Assembly (NCBI GenBank): GCA_963514005.1
Contig: OY740811.1
Location: 31,496,001-31,560,000 of the forward strand
Direction: 5' to 3'
DNA from: Raja brachyura
Lineage: Eukaryota
DNA length: 64,000 bases
A program made the translations under genes and the position numbers. Every line of letters begins with the position of its first letter. Position 1 is the stretch's first letter. Below, piece after piece: positions 11,176-23,746 of this stretch. The notes under the pieces are model-generated. The model ran no database searches, was not told where the DNA came from, and was given only the letters and a program-made list of their open reading frames with translations.

Positions 11176-14100
11176 ATTGATGGAGTTGATATTTATGACC
11201 ACTCTGGAACCTTACCGACCAACACAATTTTAAAGTAACAGTGATTTCACTAGGGGATTTAGTGGTTCAACACCACCAAACAGCCATGGATGTTACTGCT
11301 GCCTCAGCACCTCCTCGTGTAGCCACTCGTCTGAATTTATCTCATTTTAATGGAAGGCTGATATCGTTTCATCAAGCAGAGCCTGGGTCGAGCGGTGGTG
11401 GTAGGTCATTCAAGTGGATCCGAACGAGCACCGTCCACAAAATACCGAAGCCCAGCTGTTGAAGCTGTCAGTTTAAATTTGTTTCTCAATGTTTGGCACG
11501 AGACTGGTTTAAATTAGAATTAAATTTAAATCTTGCATATTAGACAATTCACCATGACACAAAACGAACAGACCTGTGTTATTTTCCCAATCCTGCTAAC
11601 CCCTTGTGAAGGCTGCGGGATTCCGCGCTATATTAGCAATTTTCCTGGCTCGGGAATCACGAGATCCTGCTTTCTCATTGTATTGCATAGGGAGGGAGCG
11701 CACTCTGTTTAAAACAAAAAAGAATTGCATTTCTGTTATACCAGCAGCTCACCATTTTGTTTTAATAAATAAATTCGGCCAGTATATATCGTTTATCTCA
11801 ATTTTTCGTTCTGCAATTTTTAGTGAGTTGTTAAGTAATCTTGAAATGACTTAACGGAAGCGAACATTTTAATAAAATATTGCGGGTGGTTGAAATCCAA
11901 AATAAAGAAAACATTCTGTAGATCCGGCAACACCCGAGGAAGCGAAACAAATTAACGTTTGGAATTGAAGCACCTTCGTTAAAACTGGGAAAAGAAAACA
12001 AGTTGGTACTTGTTTTTTTTTCCATGTTCTAACTAAGGATCTTATACCTGAAACGTTAAGTATGCTTCTCTTTCACGCATATAGTCTGATCTGCTGAATC
12101 TTCCCGCCACAAAAATGTTGAGTCCGAATAGGTTGTGCGGATAGTGCATATATCCTTTGAGTTAGTATAAAATTAGATTCATTATTACGCTTAGTTTTAG
12201 AAGTAACGTTTGGAGAAACCGAGAACCGCCTGAAACGCAGGCTTTCTGCAAAAGCAGTACAGTTCGTGGCACCGCATAATATGTATTGTGTAAAAATGTC
12301 GGTGTGGCATTCGCTTATCCCTAGAGACTTGCCCAGCAGCAACAAGGCAATTTATTCAACTGATGAACGTCACTCTAATCGCATCACGATTAAAAAAAAA
12401 CAGATTTTTTTTTAGGGAGATCATTGTAGTTACTGAATAGAAACTATTTACAGAAATGGGGAAACATTTTCTTTACGTAGGAGTACAAATTATAACACAC
12501 ATCGTTAAAATCTTACTGCAATACAAGCAGATCATGTGATATCCTTGCAAGATCCACCCAATTTCTGAAAAGTAGATTATTTGATGACTGCACCCAATGA
12601 AAACCCTAGAAGGAACAATGTCCTTGAAATTAAAATAAAATGTTTACGGGAAAATTACATTGAACAATATCTAAATAACCGATCATTTTTTCGCTGGAGT
12701 TATTGATTTACTAAAATAAACCAATTTCGAGCCTTTTTTCCTGCGTCTCCCGCCATTATATGTGGCCGTTTGATTCTCGTGATATGTCCCGCCATTTTAC
12801 AGCATTGCACCGCTGGTCGGCTGCGAGATTGCAGTAATCGAGAGAGCTTGGAAGGCAGCCACAAGGTGTGTCATGCGGCCGGTATAGCTCATCACTGAGG
12901 GAAAGCACATAAATAGCTGTTCTCGAGATTTGCTCAAAGTCCAGTTGTTTATTTAAACGACCTTGGCTTTTCGAAGTACACACAAGCTTGTAAGCAGATA
13001 ACATGTATTTGAATGGGGGTTAAAATTGAATAAAACGTCCGATAGCAGCATTCGCCGAAGTCTTTGTGAAAAGATTACATTTTACTGCCTGCCGTTTTCG
13101 CAATTGCAGCTACAAAGAAGCATTGATTAGATTAATTAAAATGTGTTCATTTTGCATGTTGTCCTTATTTGACAGTACAGTTGACCATGCAACATAAATT
13201 AAACTATCGTAATTATACATCTTATAATAATAATTCAACTACAAAACAAATTTGTTCTTAATAAAACACATACAGCTTCCATGATTATCCAAACCAGTAC
13301 CACCCCCTTCCCCAATATCGCCAGGATTGGTGAATTTTACCTAACATCACAAGTCTTGGGCAGGGAAGTGGAAGGAAGAGTTGGGGTGTTATGATTCATC
13401 CGGGTTTGAAAAGCATAAATTAGGTTGTACTTTTGTACCGATTACTCTATAATGTCACCAGGTAATGCATGCAATGGCCTTTATATTAGTTTAGGGATTT
13501 TGAGTTATTAAAGAAGTCTATTTGGTCTGACATCCTAAATTAAACGTTATAGGTTCCCCACAGTCATCTGGCAAATCATTTCTGGACCACCAGTAAGATG
13601 CACATTTTGAACACAACAATGTAAAAAGTTTGTGTGTTGAAAATAAAACCAAACTTAAATGTATTACCTCTCATTTTGATAAAGCACCAGAATGTATCAA
13701 AGAATAGCTGACAGTGTTTAATCGCAGATTGGTTACAGCACAGGAGGAGGTCATTTGGCTCCTTGTGTCTATACTGGCACTGTGTGAGAACATCCTACTC
13801 TCCATATTTCCCCTCGTCCTGCATATTCTCTCTTACAAAACAAGAATTCAAGACCAAGATTGGCAGTTTGCAGAGGAGAAACAATTAGATGGCAAATCCA
13901 ATATTACAGTTAAGCTTTAAAAATAGTAGTTTGTATGTTCTGTCTTATTACTATTTGTGTTTACCTTTATCATGTACAATAACGCCAAAGTTGTTACCTT
14001 CAGTTTAGCATTCTTTTTTGCCAAAGTAAAACATTTTGACCATAAGCCATTTTCTAAACTTCAGTAATGTGGAAACCGAAAATCTTATTTTATAGATAAC

Positions 14101-14337
14101 ATAGATGGAATGCTTGAATTTCTATTTCAGGGAAGATTCAATCCCATTGATGTTTCTCCATTTAGGTTAAATAAAGAGTCAGCAGGGTGAATTATTCCGT
14201 TGGAATTTAATTGGTGCAGCTAATGAGCATGATGCTAAATCATTATCCTAATGCATCAGTGGATAATTCACCAGGGAATGGGAATATGAAAATTACTTGG
14301 GATTTCAAGATTGCTGATGAAGCAAGACTGGTAAAAT

Positions 14338-14467
14338 GAGATACAAGGAACTGCAGATGCTGGTTTACAAAAAAAAGTCAAAAATGCTGGAGTAACTCAG
14401 CGGATCATGCAGCATCTCTGGAGAACATGGATAGGTGATGATTTGTGTCGGGACCCTTCTCCAGACA
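14338..14467 (-). mobile_element. Short Penelope-like terminal repeat
   Basis: aaggaactgcagatgctgg...ctggagtaactcagcgg...gacccttctccagac, the reverse complement of the family block. Confidence 0.8.
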
Positions 14468-15033
14468 ATAAGATATTGGTGGAACTGGGGCTCTGATTTT
14501 GAAGATGAGAATAGGAACAGGAAAATAAAGCAAACCCATTGATGAATTCAGTGGTGCGCTTCAGTCAGTCTTGGAAATAATAGCCGACTTTGTCCAAATT
14601 TCTGCATCTGGTTTAAAATAATCCAGTTAATTTAAGTACCAGGTTTATTTGAGAGTGTAAATTAGGATTTTGTACCAGTTTTGATCATAATACATTTATT
14701 TCCTCAATCCAACAACATTACATATTCATCAGTACCATGGACTAGAATCTGGTGATTGAGAATCAATTATTCCCTAATCTCCATTTCTGGTCCTGCCAAA
14801 CCACATATATAATGCTTTCTTCATGATGTTGGGTATACTTTATGAAATATGGTGTAGCTGCAACCTGAACAGCATAGTTTACATCGAAAACACAAAAAAT
14901 TGTAGAATCATATAGCACGGGAAAGTTGTAGAATCATATAGTTTGAATATTGGCATAATATGTAACGTGTTGATTGTAAAATGCTTTGGTTAGTTTGTAT
15001 TTTGCATAATTATTTTTTTCCCCTTTTTTTCAG

Positions 15034-15354
15034 ATATGGCCGAGTGGAAAGTGTCAAAATTCTTCCCAAAAGGGGCTCAGAAGGTGGAGTGGCAGCCTTT
15101 GTGGATTTTGTGGACATCAAAAGTGCACAGAAAGCGCACAATTCTGTCAATAAAATGGGAGACCGGGACCTTCGAACGGATTACAATGAGCCTGGCACTA
15201 TTCCAAGTGCTGCCCGGGGATTAGATGATACCGTTCCTATAGGAACTCGTACTAGAGAGGTTTCAGGGTTCAGGGGAGGTGGTGGGGGGCCAACATATGG
15301 ACCGCCACCATCACTACATGGACGGGAAGGACGTTATGAACGGAGACTTGATGG
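15034..15354 (+). CDS. SPEN: SPEN coding exon 2 (rest of RRM1)
   Basis: Polypyrimidine tract + CAG acceptor; YGRVESVKILPKRGSEGGVAAFVDFVDIKSAQKAH...RRLDG; donor GG|GTAAGT; 321 nt. Confidence 0.97.
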
Positions 15355-17616
15355 GTAAGTTCCAAGGTTTCTCTAGGCAGGATTTTGATAAATAGTGTGA
15401 GAAGCAGCAACTCATGTTTAGGTTCCCCAGATGGATTTAAGGAGGAAATCTGTACACTCGTGTCGTTGTTGGATATGGAAGAGAATTGAAACCAGTAGCA
15501 GCTCTGGCCTCTTCGCAGTGGATCTATTCTGCAGCTGGCTGGATGACTACTCCTGGGATAAGTTTGGTTAGTGTGATGGAAGGTTTCTATCAGTTACTAT
15601 GGAGTTAACCCTCGAAATAAGCTTCCCTTTTCTCCCTGGATTGCAAGCAGTTCCCTCTGGATGTGTCCCTTCGATTGAGTGGCATGATATTACATCCGGG
15701 TACAACCAACCTGAGGAATACTATGGAATTACTAGAACTACAGTTTCAGGCAATATTGAAGTGCATTGAAGACTTTCCGCAGTATCATATTGGCTTTGGT
15801 TTAAATGTAATATATTGATGCACGTTCTTTGGATATGAAATCTTTCGATGAAGATATAGAACTCTTTGATCTACCACCTTGAAGGATATTACAGCTAATA
15901 ATTTTCAACGAATTCATGGAAAGGAAAACTGAAGAATTGAGGAAGTAACATATACAAGGGTCTACATATCTGTACTGTTTATTTTGATTCACCCCGATTG
16001 GATCTTATGGATTTTTCTGGTCTGACGGTTAAATTATAGAAGCTTACAAACATTTGGAATTTTATTTTCCTGCATAATGGAATGAAGGGCATTATCACTT
16101 CAACGTGGGATTATATTCATCTTAAAGTAGTTGTATGGCAGATTGGATTACCTGGTTTGTGTTTCATACTCATCTTGATTCTACTTATTGTACCAGTGGA
16201 CTATCAAACAAGGGACATCTGTTAGTGGATACTTTACATTTTAACTTTCAGATCAAATATGAAAAGATTTTAAGACATGGCAACTGACTGCTAGAAAATG
16301 GATATTATATGTCTACTACTAGAAGAAAGCACTGTGCTCTGGGAGTAACGGGTATAGTTGCTTAATATCGACTCGAATTGGGATACATTTATCTACATCC
16401 ATCTGAACACACTCCGCATCTCAGAAAGGTCTTGGGGTTTGGGAATTACTATTAAACTTTGGGAGCTATCTGTATGAGGCGAATGTACGTAACACTGGCA
16501 ATGGAAATTTATCTTTCTTGGGCGTTCAGTTTTCTTGATACAATCCCCAAATCAATGCGGCACTAGCACTATCCGAAGTTGGATTACCCCTTTAAGAGGG
16601 GACCAAATTGGGAATGTTTGTACACTTTTCTCTCCCTAGATTTAATTGGGATTTAGGTCGTGTTTACTGCAGTCTAAAAAGGTTGGTATGCCCTGCCATG
16701 CGTATATTAGCCCCTCTTCTAACCCAGTCAACCCTTTCTTTCCACTAACTCCAGTAGTCATTAGCACTGCTAAAAGTTCAATCAGCACTTAGCCAATAGA
16801 ATCTCACTGTCTTGCACCTCTGTGAGCTACTTTGCCTGTCTTTGTCTTTCATGGATTAGGAATTTGTATTTTTTTTGTGTGTCAGCTGATGGCAATAATG
16901 CTTTGGAATCAGCTTGCTTCTTTTCATTGCTGAAAGGTCAGTGTAAAATGATTCCACAGTACATTATAAGCACAGTTCTATACCGCCTTGATTAAGTCAA
17001 CTTGACTATGCATAGCTTAGTGGCTTTGCTTCTCGGTGTCTTCTGTTTTCTGAATCTGTAGAATGTCAGCAAAAAAGTAGTACTGTTTTAATATCTTGCA
17101 TGGAAGAAATTTAGAATGGGAAGGAATTTAAAAAAAAACCCGAATGAAAACAAAACAGTAAAGATTGAGTAGAGTTACGTAAATTCCAGAATTTAAAATA
17201 ACTAGATTTCTGGATATTATGCATTTTACTGGGGTAAATTACTCAACGAATTAATTAGCTTTTGGTAAATCAGCTTCTACAATAATCCTTTCCTGACTAT
17301 ACCTGAGAATTAGGAACTAATAGCTTAGTAATTGGTCTAATATCAACTGCAATAGGAAATTAATAAGCAATGGTTTACTGTGAAATATAAGCATTGGAAG
17401 AAAACATTCTATTTTTTTTAACAGTAATAGCTACTGAACACAATGCTTTTGCCAATTTTATAAATGTTTCCATATAGTCGCTATTTAAAATTCAAGTGCT
17501 TATTTTGCCAGTGTTTAGTGGGGGAAATACGGGGATCTTTCAGCTATGTGGATGATGCTTGACTGATTCTTTGTTTTCCTTCTTTTCCCCCAACCCCTTC
17601 CCCAAACAAAACACAG

Positions 17617-18087
17617 GGCTTCTGACAACCGGGAGCGTACTTATGATCATAGTGCCTATGGACACCACGATCGTACAACAGCAGGGTTTGATCGTCCCAG
17701 ACATTATGAACAGGATTACTATAGAGATCCTCGGGATCGAACTATACAACATGGAGTTTATTATGGGTCAAGAAGTCGAAGCCCTACTCGATTTGAAGCT
17801 CATGATCCACGTTATGAACAAAGAGGGAGGGAACAGTTTGCAATATCAAGTGTAGTACACCGAGATCTCTACAGGGAAGATATTACTCGGGAAGTAAGAG
17901 GGAGACGGCAGGAAAAGAACTATCAGCACAGCCGAAGTCGATCCCCACATTCCTCACGGTCAGGAAACCAATCCCCACAGCGACCTAGCCAAGGACGGCC
18001 ACGGCGATCTCCCAGTGGCAGTGGGTCCCGGAGTAGGTCATCAAGCAGTGATTCAGTCAGCAGCAGCAGTAGTACCAGCAGTGACAG
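17617..18087 (+). CDS. SPEN: SPEN coding exon 3 (R/S/D/Y-rich region)
   Basis: CAG acceptor; ASDNRERTYDHSAYGHHDR...SRSRSPHSSRSGNQSPQR...SSSSTSSD; donor AG|GTAGGT; 471 nt, phase 2-2. Confidence 0.96.
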
Positions 18088-18905
18088 GTAGGTGGAGAGG
18101 AGCGTACCACAAATAGTTTCCATCCACGCATCCCATTTGACGTCAGAGTAGATGGGATCGTTTGGTCCTTTTGCTTGTCATCAGAAAAGGTGAAGTGTGT
18201 AAGTTGGCAAAACTGGGTATCTTTCTTTATAGTACCGTTTTAATCCAGAGAGTTTTCAATTATTTAAAAGAAAGAAATGTATATTTAGCACAAACCCACC
18301 AATGCGATTTTTGTGCCACTCAAATGCAAAATTAACGTACTGTTGTTATTGGGATGTTAATGAAATTGCAATGGAACAGATGTATCATTTATGCCATTTC
18401 CGTGAAGGAGAAAAAATACCTTTCCAAAAGGGTAAATCTGAAAATAGCATTTGTGTAGAGCATGTGGGTAAATTGATGATGGTGGTAGCAATCTATTGTG
18501 ATAAGATAATTCTGTAAGCTTGAGTATGAACTTTTTTCCCCCCTGTGACAAAGTGGCAACAGTGTTTACGCACTTGGATGTGAATCCTCACCACAATGAC
18601 ATCCCATTCAGGATGGTCATTGCATCAAGGTCGTTGCATCTGTTTAGTCTATTCAGATGCTTTGTAATTAGGAGGGAAATAAAATCAGTTTTTCAGTAAT
18701 TTCTGATATTGCACATCACTGTCTTCTTAATATCAGAACCTTTTATCTTTCCGACTTTGAATGTTGAGTTAGTGGCAGGATAGCAATGTCAAATGTCTAT
18801 ACATGTATAAAAACTGAGAAGCCTTTTTTCCCCCTACTTGATCATACATAGCAGCCAATTGTTGATTTGCAAAAACAATTGCATGTTTTGTGAGAACTAT
18901 TAGCA

Positions 18906-18993
18906 GAAGAAGGGTCTCGACCCGAAACGTCGCCTGTCTCCTTCGCTCCTTAGATGCTGCTGCACCCGCTGAGTTTCTCCAGCTTTTTGTGTA
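18906..18993 (+). mobile_element. Short Penelope-like terminal repeat
   Basis: gaagaagggtctcgacccgaaacgtcgcc...gagtttctccagctttttgtgt. Confidence 0.85.
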
Positions 18994-19480
18994 ACAGCAG
19001 AAAGATCAAGATGTTTTGCCTGTTTTTACTGAACATTTCAATGAGAAAGTATAACTTGTATTATTCCATGATAATCAAATGTGCATTTTTGTCATGTTTT
19101 ATGACGTTATCTAACAATTGGAAAAATTGTGGCATTGTGCTTGATCCCTGACCCAAATGTACACAGTGAAAGATTTAAATTTCCTACTAATCATTTAAGT
19201 GTAGATTATTTTTAATATTATTTTACTTGTTGCATTCTGCTGCCTGTAGTGGTGATGTGTGAGTGAGTTCTCTCAATTTGAAGCACTGCCATGATATAAT
19301 CATTAGTTAATAAGTCTACTTTAGAAGGCAAAGTCCCTTTCATTCCTCAATTTAAGTAGTGCCTTTGATAATTTATTTTATAGCATGGTAAATTAGAACT
19401 ATGCACAATATTCCAAATGAGATCTATCCAAGGTTCTCCACAGGTTTAATGTAACTATTTAATTACTTAATGTTTGTTCC

Positions 19481-19700
19481 TTAGTTTGGTTCAAGGTACA
19501 GTGAAAAACATTTTTGTTGCGTACTATCTAGTCAGCGAAAAGACTATACGATCAAGCCGTCCACAGTGTACAGATACAGGATAAAGGAATGACATTTAGT
19601 GCAAGATAAAGTCCGATAAAAGATAGTCCAAGCATCTCCAATGAGGTAGATCGTAGGTCAGGACCGCTCTCTAGTTGGTGATAATATGGCTCAGTCGCCC
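19481..19700 (-). mobile_element. LINE (Rex/L2-like) 3' UTR fragment
   Basis: caaggtacagtgaaaaac...tttgttgcgtactatctag resembles the tail of the minus-strand copy at 58230. Confidence 0.5.
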
Positions 19701-20261
19701 AATAATGGCAACTGAGCAGTGGCATTGGTTTGCCAGAACTATGCAGTCTTCATTTTCCTCATGTCTAAATTATATATTCTAAAATTCACTTTCTCTTTAC
19801 ACTTTAGTTCTTCAGTTTATGTGCTGCTAACTCTGTTGGTATTGATTATTATTGCTATTATTAAGTTGTATTTCTGTTTGCCAAGTCTAAATTATTTTTG
19901 GGAATGGTTAACAGTATTGGCTCTAATGCCAATTGTTGTGGCACACTCCAACTTTCCACCATTCTAAACCAAAATCTTTAACTCCAAAGTCTTTTGTTTT
20001 ATTACCAATTAATATGAATTCTGCAACTTGACCTTGGGTACTTATCTGAGTTGTAAGTCTGGATTTTAGCGTATCTAAATATATTACACCTACTTAGTAC
20101 CTTAATCTACTGCCTATTACTTCTACATAGAATAGTCAAGCATGACTTGCCCTATTGAAATCTGTGCTAATTTGCGTGTCAGATTTTTTTTTTTGCCACG
20201 TCATTGACCAAAAATTCCATTGAACCAAGACTTGAGGTCAGCAAAGGTTTGAAAGTGGTTC

Positions 20262-20898
20262 ATAGCAAAAGGATTTGAGTATAGGAGCAGGGAGGTTCTA
20301 CTTCAGTTGTACAGGGTCTTGGTGAGACCACACCTGGAGTATTGCATACAGTTTTGGTCTCCAAATCTGAGGAAGGACATTATTGCCATTAGGGAGTGCA
20401 GAGAAGGTTCACCAGACTGATTCCTGGGATGTCAGGACTGTCTTATGAAGAAAGACTGGATAGACTTGGTTTATACTCTCTAGAATTTAGCAGATTGAGA
20501 GAGGATCTTATAGAAACTTACAAAATTCTTAAGGGGTTGGACAGGCTAGATGCAGGAAGATTGTTCCCGGTGTTGGGGAGGTCCAGGGCAAGGGGTCACA
20601 GCTTAAGGATAAGGGGGAAATCCTTTAGGACCGAGATGAGAAGGACTTTTTTCACACAGAGAGTGGTGGGTCTCTGGAACTCTCTGCCACAGAGGGTAGT
20701 TGAGGCCAGTTCATTGGCTATATTTAAGAGGGAGTTAGATGTGGCCCTTGTGGCTAAGGGGATCAGAGGGTATGTAGAGAAGGCAGGTACGGGATACAGA
20801 GTTGGATGATCATCCATGATCATATTGAATGACGGTGCAGGCTCGAAGGGCCGAATGGCCTACTCCTGCACCTAATTTCTATGTTTCTATGTTTCTAT
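20262..20898 (+). mobile_element. CR1-clade LINE (HER1-like) 3' fragment
   Basis: [49 protein letters not shown]...FFTQRVVGLWNSLP; tail gaatggcctactcctgcacct + (tttctatg)n. Confidence 0.92.
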
Positions 20899-22698
20899 CA
20901 ATGAGAATAAAGCACCTCAAAAATATCTAGTCATTTATGTGGTGAGAACTTCCTTTTTAATGCTGGCTGCTTTCAGTTGAAATTTCCAAGTAAATTAATT
21001 ATGTCCAGCAACGTTGATATCTTTTGGCTGAACAGCCGATCAAATTAAAGAATTTTAGAGTCAGTCAACCAGGGAGCAGCCTTTCAGTTAATTTTAGTGT
21101 AGTGTTAAACAAAAATAAATATGATACCATTAAGGATGTGGCTAAAATATCCTAAACTTTAGAAACTTTTTAAATTCCCATTTATTTTAAGACATTTGTC
21201 ATATAAGGAAATTACAATAATCATTGTGCTGTAATTATAATTACAATTTAGTCATGACGCACTATGATCTCATGTAACTGAGTATGAGATGTTGTTGCCT
21301 AAATTTACATCCGTTCAAGCAATTACTCTTGCTTGCGATGGAGCAGGCTGCAATCAGCAAATAAGAAAATACACTACCACTGGTAGCAAGTTTGGGAATC
21401 TCACAGTAAACTGTACATGTGTGAAAATTCTAAAGTTCAAGTTAGTTGCATGGATTTGTGAATACACTGTTGCTGTGATGTGATAATAACCACTAAATCT
21501 CTTATCTTCATTAAGCTCACTACTTTTCAATTCCTGATTCAATTTTCTCACTGGAGTATAGCAGAACGTTATCTGTCTGCAATCCTCTGACACAATTTGC
21601 TTTCCTGGTGGATTCTTATAAATATAAAATTGTGCAGCTGCTATATTACATCCTGAATTTCTTTTTGTATGTATTGACCAATTGCTCGATATACCCGTTT
21701 CAGAAGTGTGCACCCATTTATATGTAGGAAAGGATAGCAACTGTGACAAAAAATACCTGGGGCAAATGATCCCTTCTGAGAAATTGTCCCAATAGTCTTT
21801 GGTTTTGAGGTAGATCATATGTTTTGTGAACAAATTGATGTGTCTAAGACTTATGATTTTTACTGTCACTGTCTTTCCTGATACTTTTAAGAAATACATT
21901 CTAATGATATACTGAATGTGTTTTGATGCTCTATGTAGGTCAGTAAGTGCATTGATGTGTTGTATGCAAATGCACATTATTCTGAATACGTGAGAATTTT
22001 GTAGTTGTGTATGTTGTCAGTATGTTGTTTCTTTATGGAGATACAAGAAAGATGAAAGTTAATGGCTCTGATTCTCTTGAAATATGAACCTAAATATGTT
22101 TCTGTTGTGTAAATATCACACTCTTGCATGTTTCTAACAAATATACAGATCTCTGAGAAAAAGCAGTGATGCATAACATGGATTTTGGTGGAAAGGACAT
22201 TGACAGCTGCCACCAGTCCTAGGGTTATATTTGGTTGTGCTGTGTCACATTATTGGATAACTGTTTAATCAGCTCCTTTCCAAGTTCACCAGAGGTTCAG
22301 GATTCAAAATCTTTTAACATCAATCACCATCGTACTACCACCCCTCCCGGCCGTCCCGATTGCGAAATGCTAGTCCCGAGTAAATAATGTCATTTTAGAG
22401 TGAATTTACTAACAAGTACACTGCCTGTAATCCAGTGTGGACTTTATTACTCTTGATTCGCGTGTAGATGAATAATGGAAATGGTGGAGTTAATTGCTCT
22501 CATTCTGGCTAATCTTCAAAATGCAAAGCAGGAAATTCATAGCAAGAAGAGAAATAGCATCCAGAATAATTAATTTATGTTTACAATGTATAAAACCACA
22601 TGTATCCGTTGGACTCGTAATTTTACAATAGCTTGCCAGATTAACTAAATACGGAATTATAGGTAAGCAAAAATGCTGTGACATTTCAGACAGGGGGG

Positions 22699-22999
22699 TT
22701 TATTTTAGTTTAGGAGATATAGCGCGGAAACAGGCCCTACGGCCCACCGAGTCCACACCAACCAGCGATCCCCGCACATTAACACTACCCAACTCACACT
22801 AGGGACAATTGACAATTACACGAAGTATACAACACAAGCCAATTAACCTGCAAACCTGTACGTCTTTGCAGTGTTGGAGGAAATCAAAGATCTCGGAGAA
22901 AACCTGTGCAGTCACAGGGAGAACATACAAACTCCATAGAGACTGCATCCGTAGTTGGATTCAACCCCGGGTCTCTACCGCTGCGCCACCGTACCACCC
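22699..22999 (-). mobile_element. tRNA-derived SINE (HE1-like)
   Basis: Minus-strand head GGTACGGTGGCGCAGCGGTAGAG (A box) and GGTTGAATCC (B-box-like); CR1-like tail GGGCCGTAGGGCCTGTTTCC + (ctaaa)n. Confidence 0.85.
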
Positions 23000-23410
23000 T
23001 TTTGGCATAAGGGGAGTCATTTGAATAAATGATTTTTGCAAATTGAAATGACTTGGAATTGCCTGTTACTTGAAACTTGATTTAAACCGTGCATTTAAAT
23101 AATGTAAGTTGGAGAGAAAAATCTAACGGCATTTATGAATGCTGAGCCAACAGAAAAGCCAAAGAAAAAATCATAATATTGCAGTTGCTAGAACGAGTTG
23201 CTGTCTGACAGCATCTGTAAGAACCAATACACTTAACGACCCAAGATACAACCTTGAGGAGACATTGGTGCTGATCAAAAGCATTTGTAATGCTAAATTT
23301 TCAGGAAGGTCTGTCAGGTGAATGAACTGCAGGTTTAACTGACACATTTCTTACTAGAAGTAGCTTGCAATAATAGTCATTTATTTATCAAACAATTACC
23401 ACAGGGATAT

Positions 23411-23746
23411 GTTTAAGAAGGAACTGCAGATGCTGGAAAAATCGACAGTTGATAAAAATGCTGGAGAAACTCAACGGGTGAAACTTAGCAGCATCTATTG
23501 AGCTAAATGTTCACCCCAGCGGTATGAACATTGACTTCTCCAATTTCAGGTAGTCCTTGCTTTCTCACTCGTTCCTCACCCACTCCCCAGCTCTCCCACA
23601 GCCCACTGTCTCCTCCTCTTCCTTTCTTCTTCCCACCCCCCAGCACCCCCACATCAGTCTGAAGAAGGGTCTCGACCCAAAACGTCACCTTTTCCTTCGC
23701 TCCATAGAAGCTGCCTCACCTGCTGAATTTTTCCAGCATTTTTATC
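23411..23746 (+). mobile_element. Penelope-like insertion with inverted terminal segment and 14-bp TSD
   Basis: Minus-oriented block 23411-23503 followed by a plus-oriented fragment; taccacagggatat at 23397-23410 and 23747-23760. Confidence 0.85.

Noticed and set aside
5201-18091. In-frame stop codons immediately inside introns 1, 2 and 3
   Set aside because: An expected consequence of phase-2 introns starting GTAA or GTAG; not evidence of regulation by itself.
22940-22999. tRNA-like A/B boxes (also at 53280-53346)
   Set aside because: SINE heads attached to a SINE body and LINE-like tail; no full cloverleaf.
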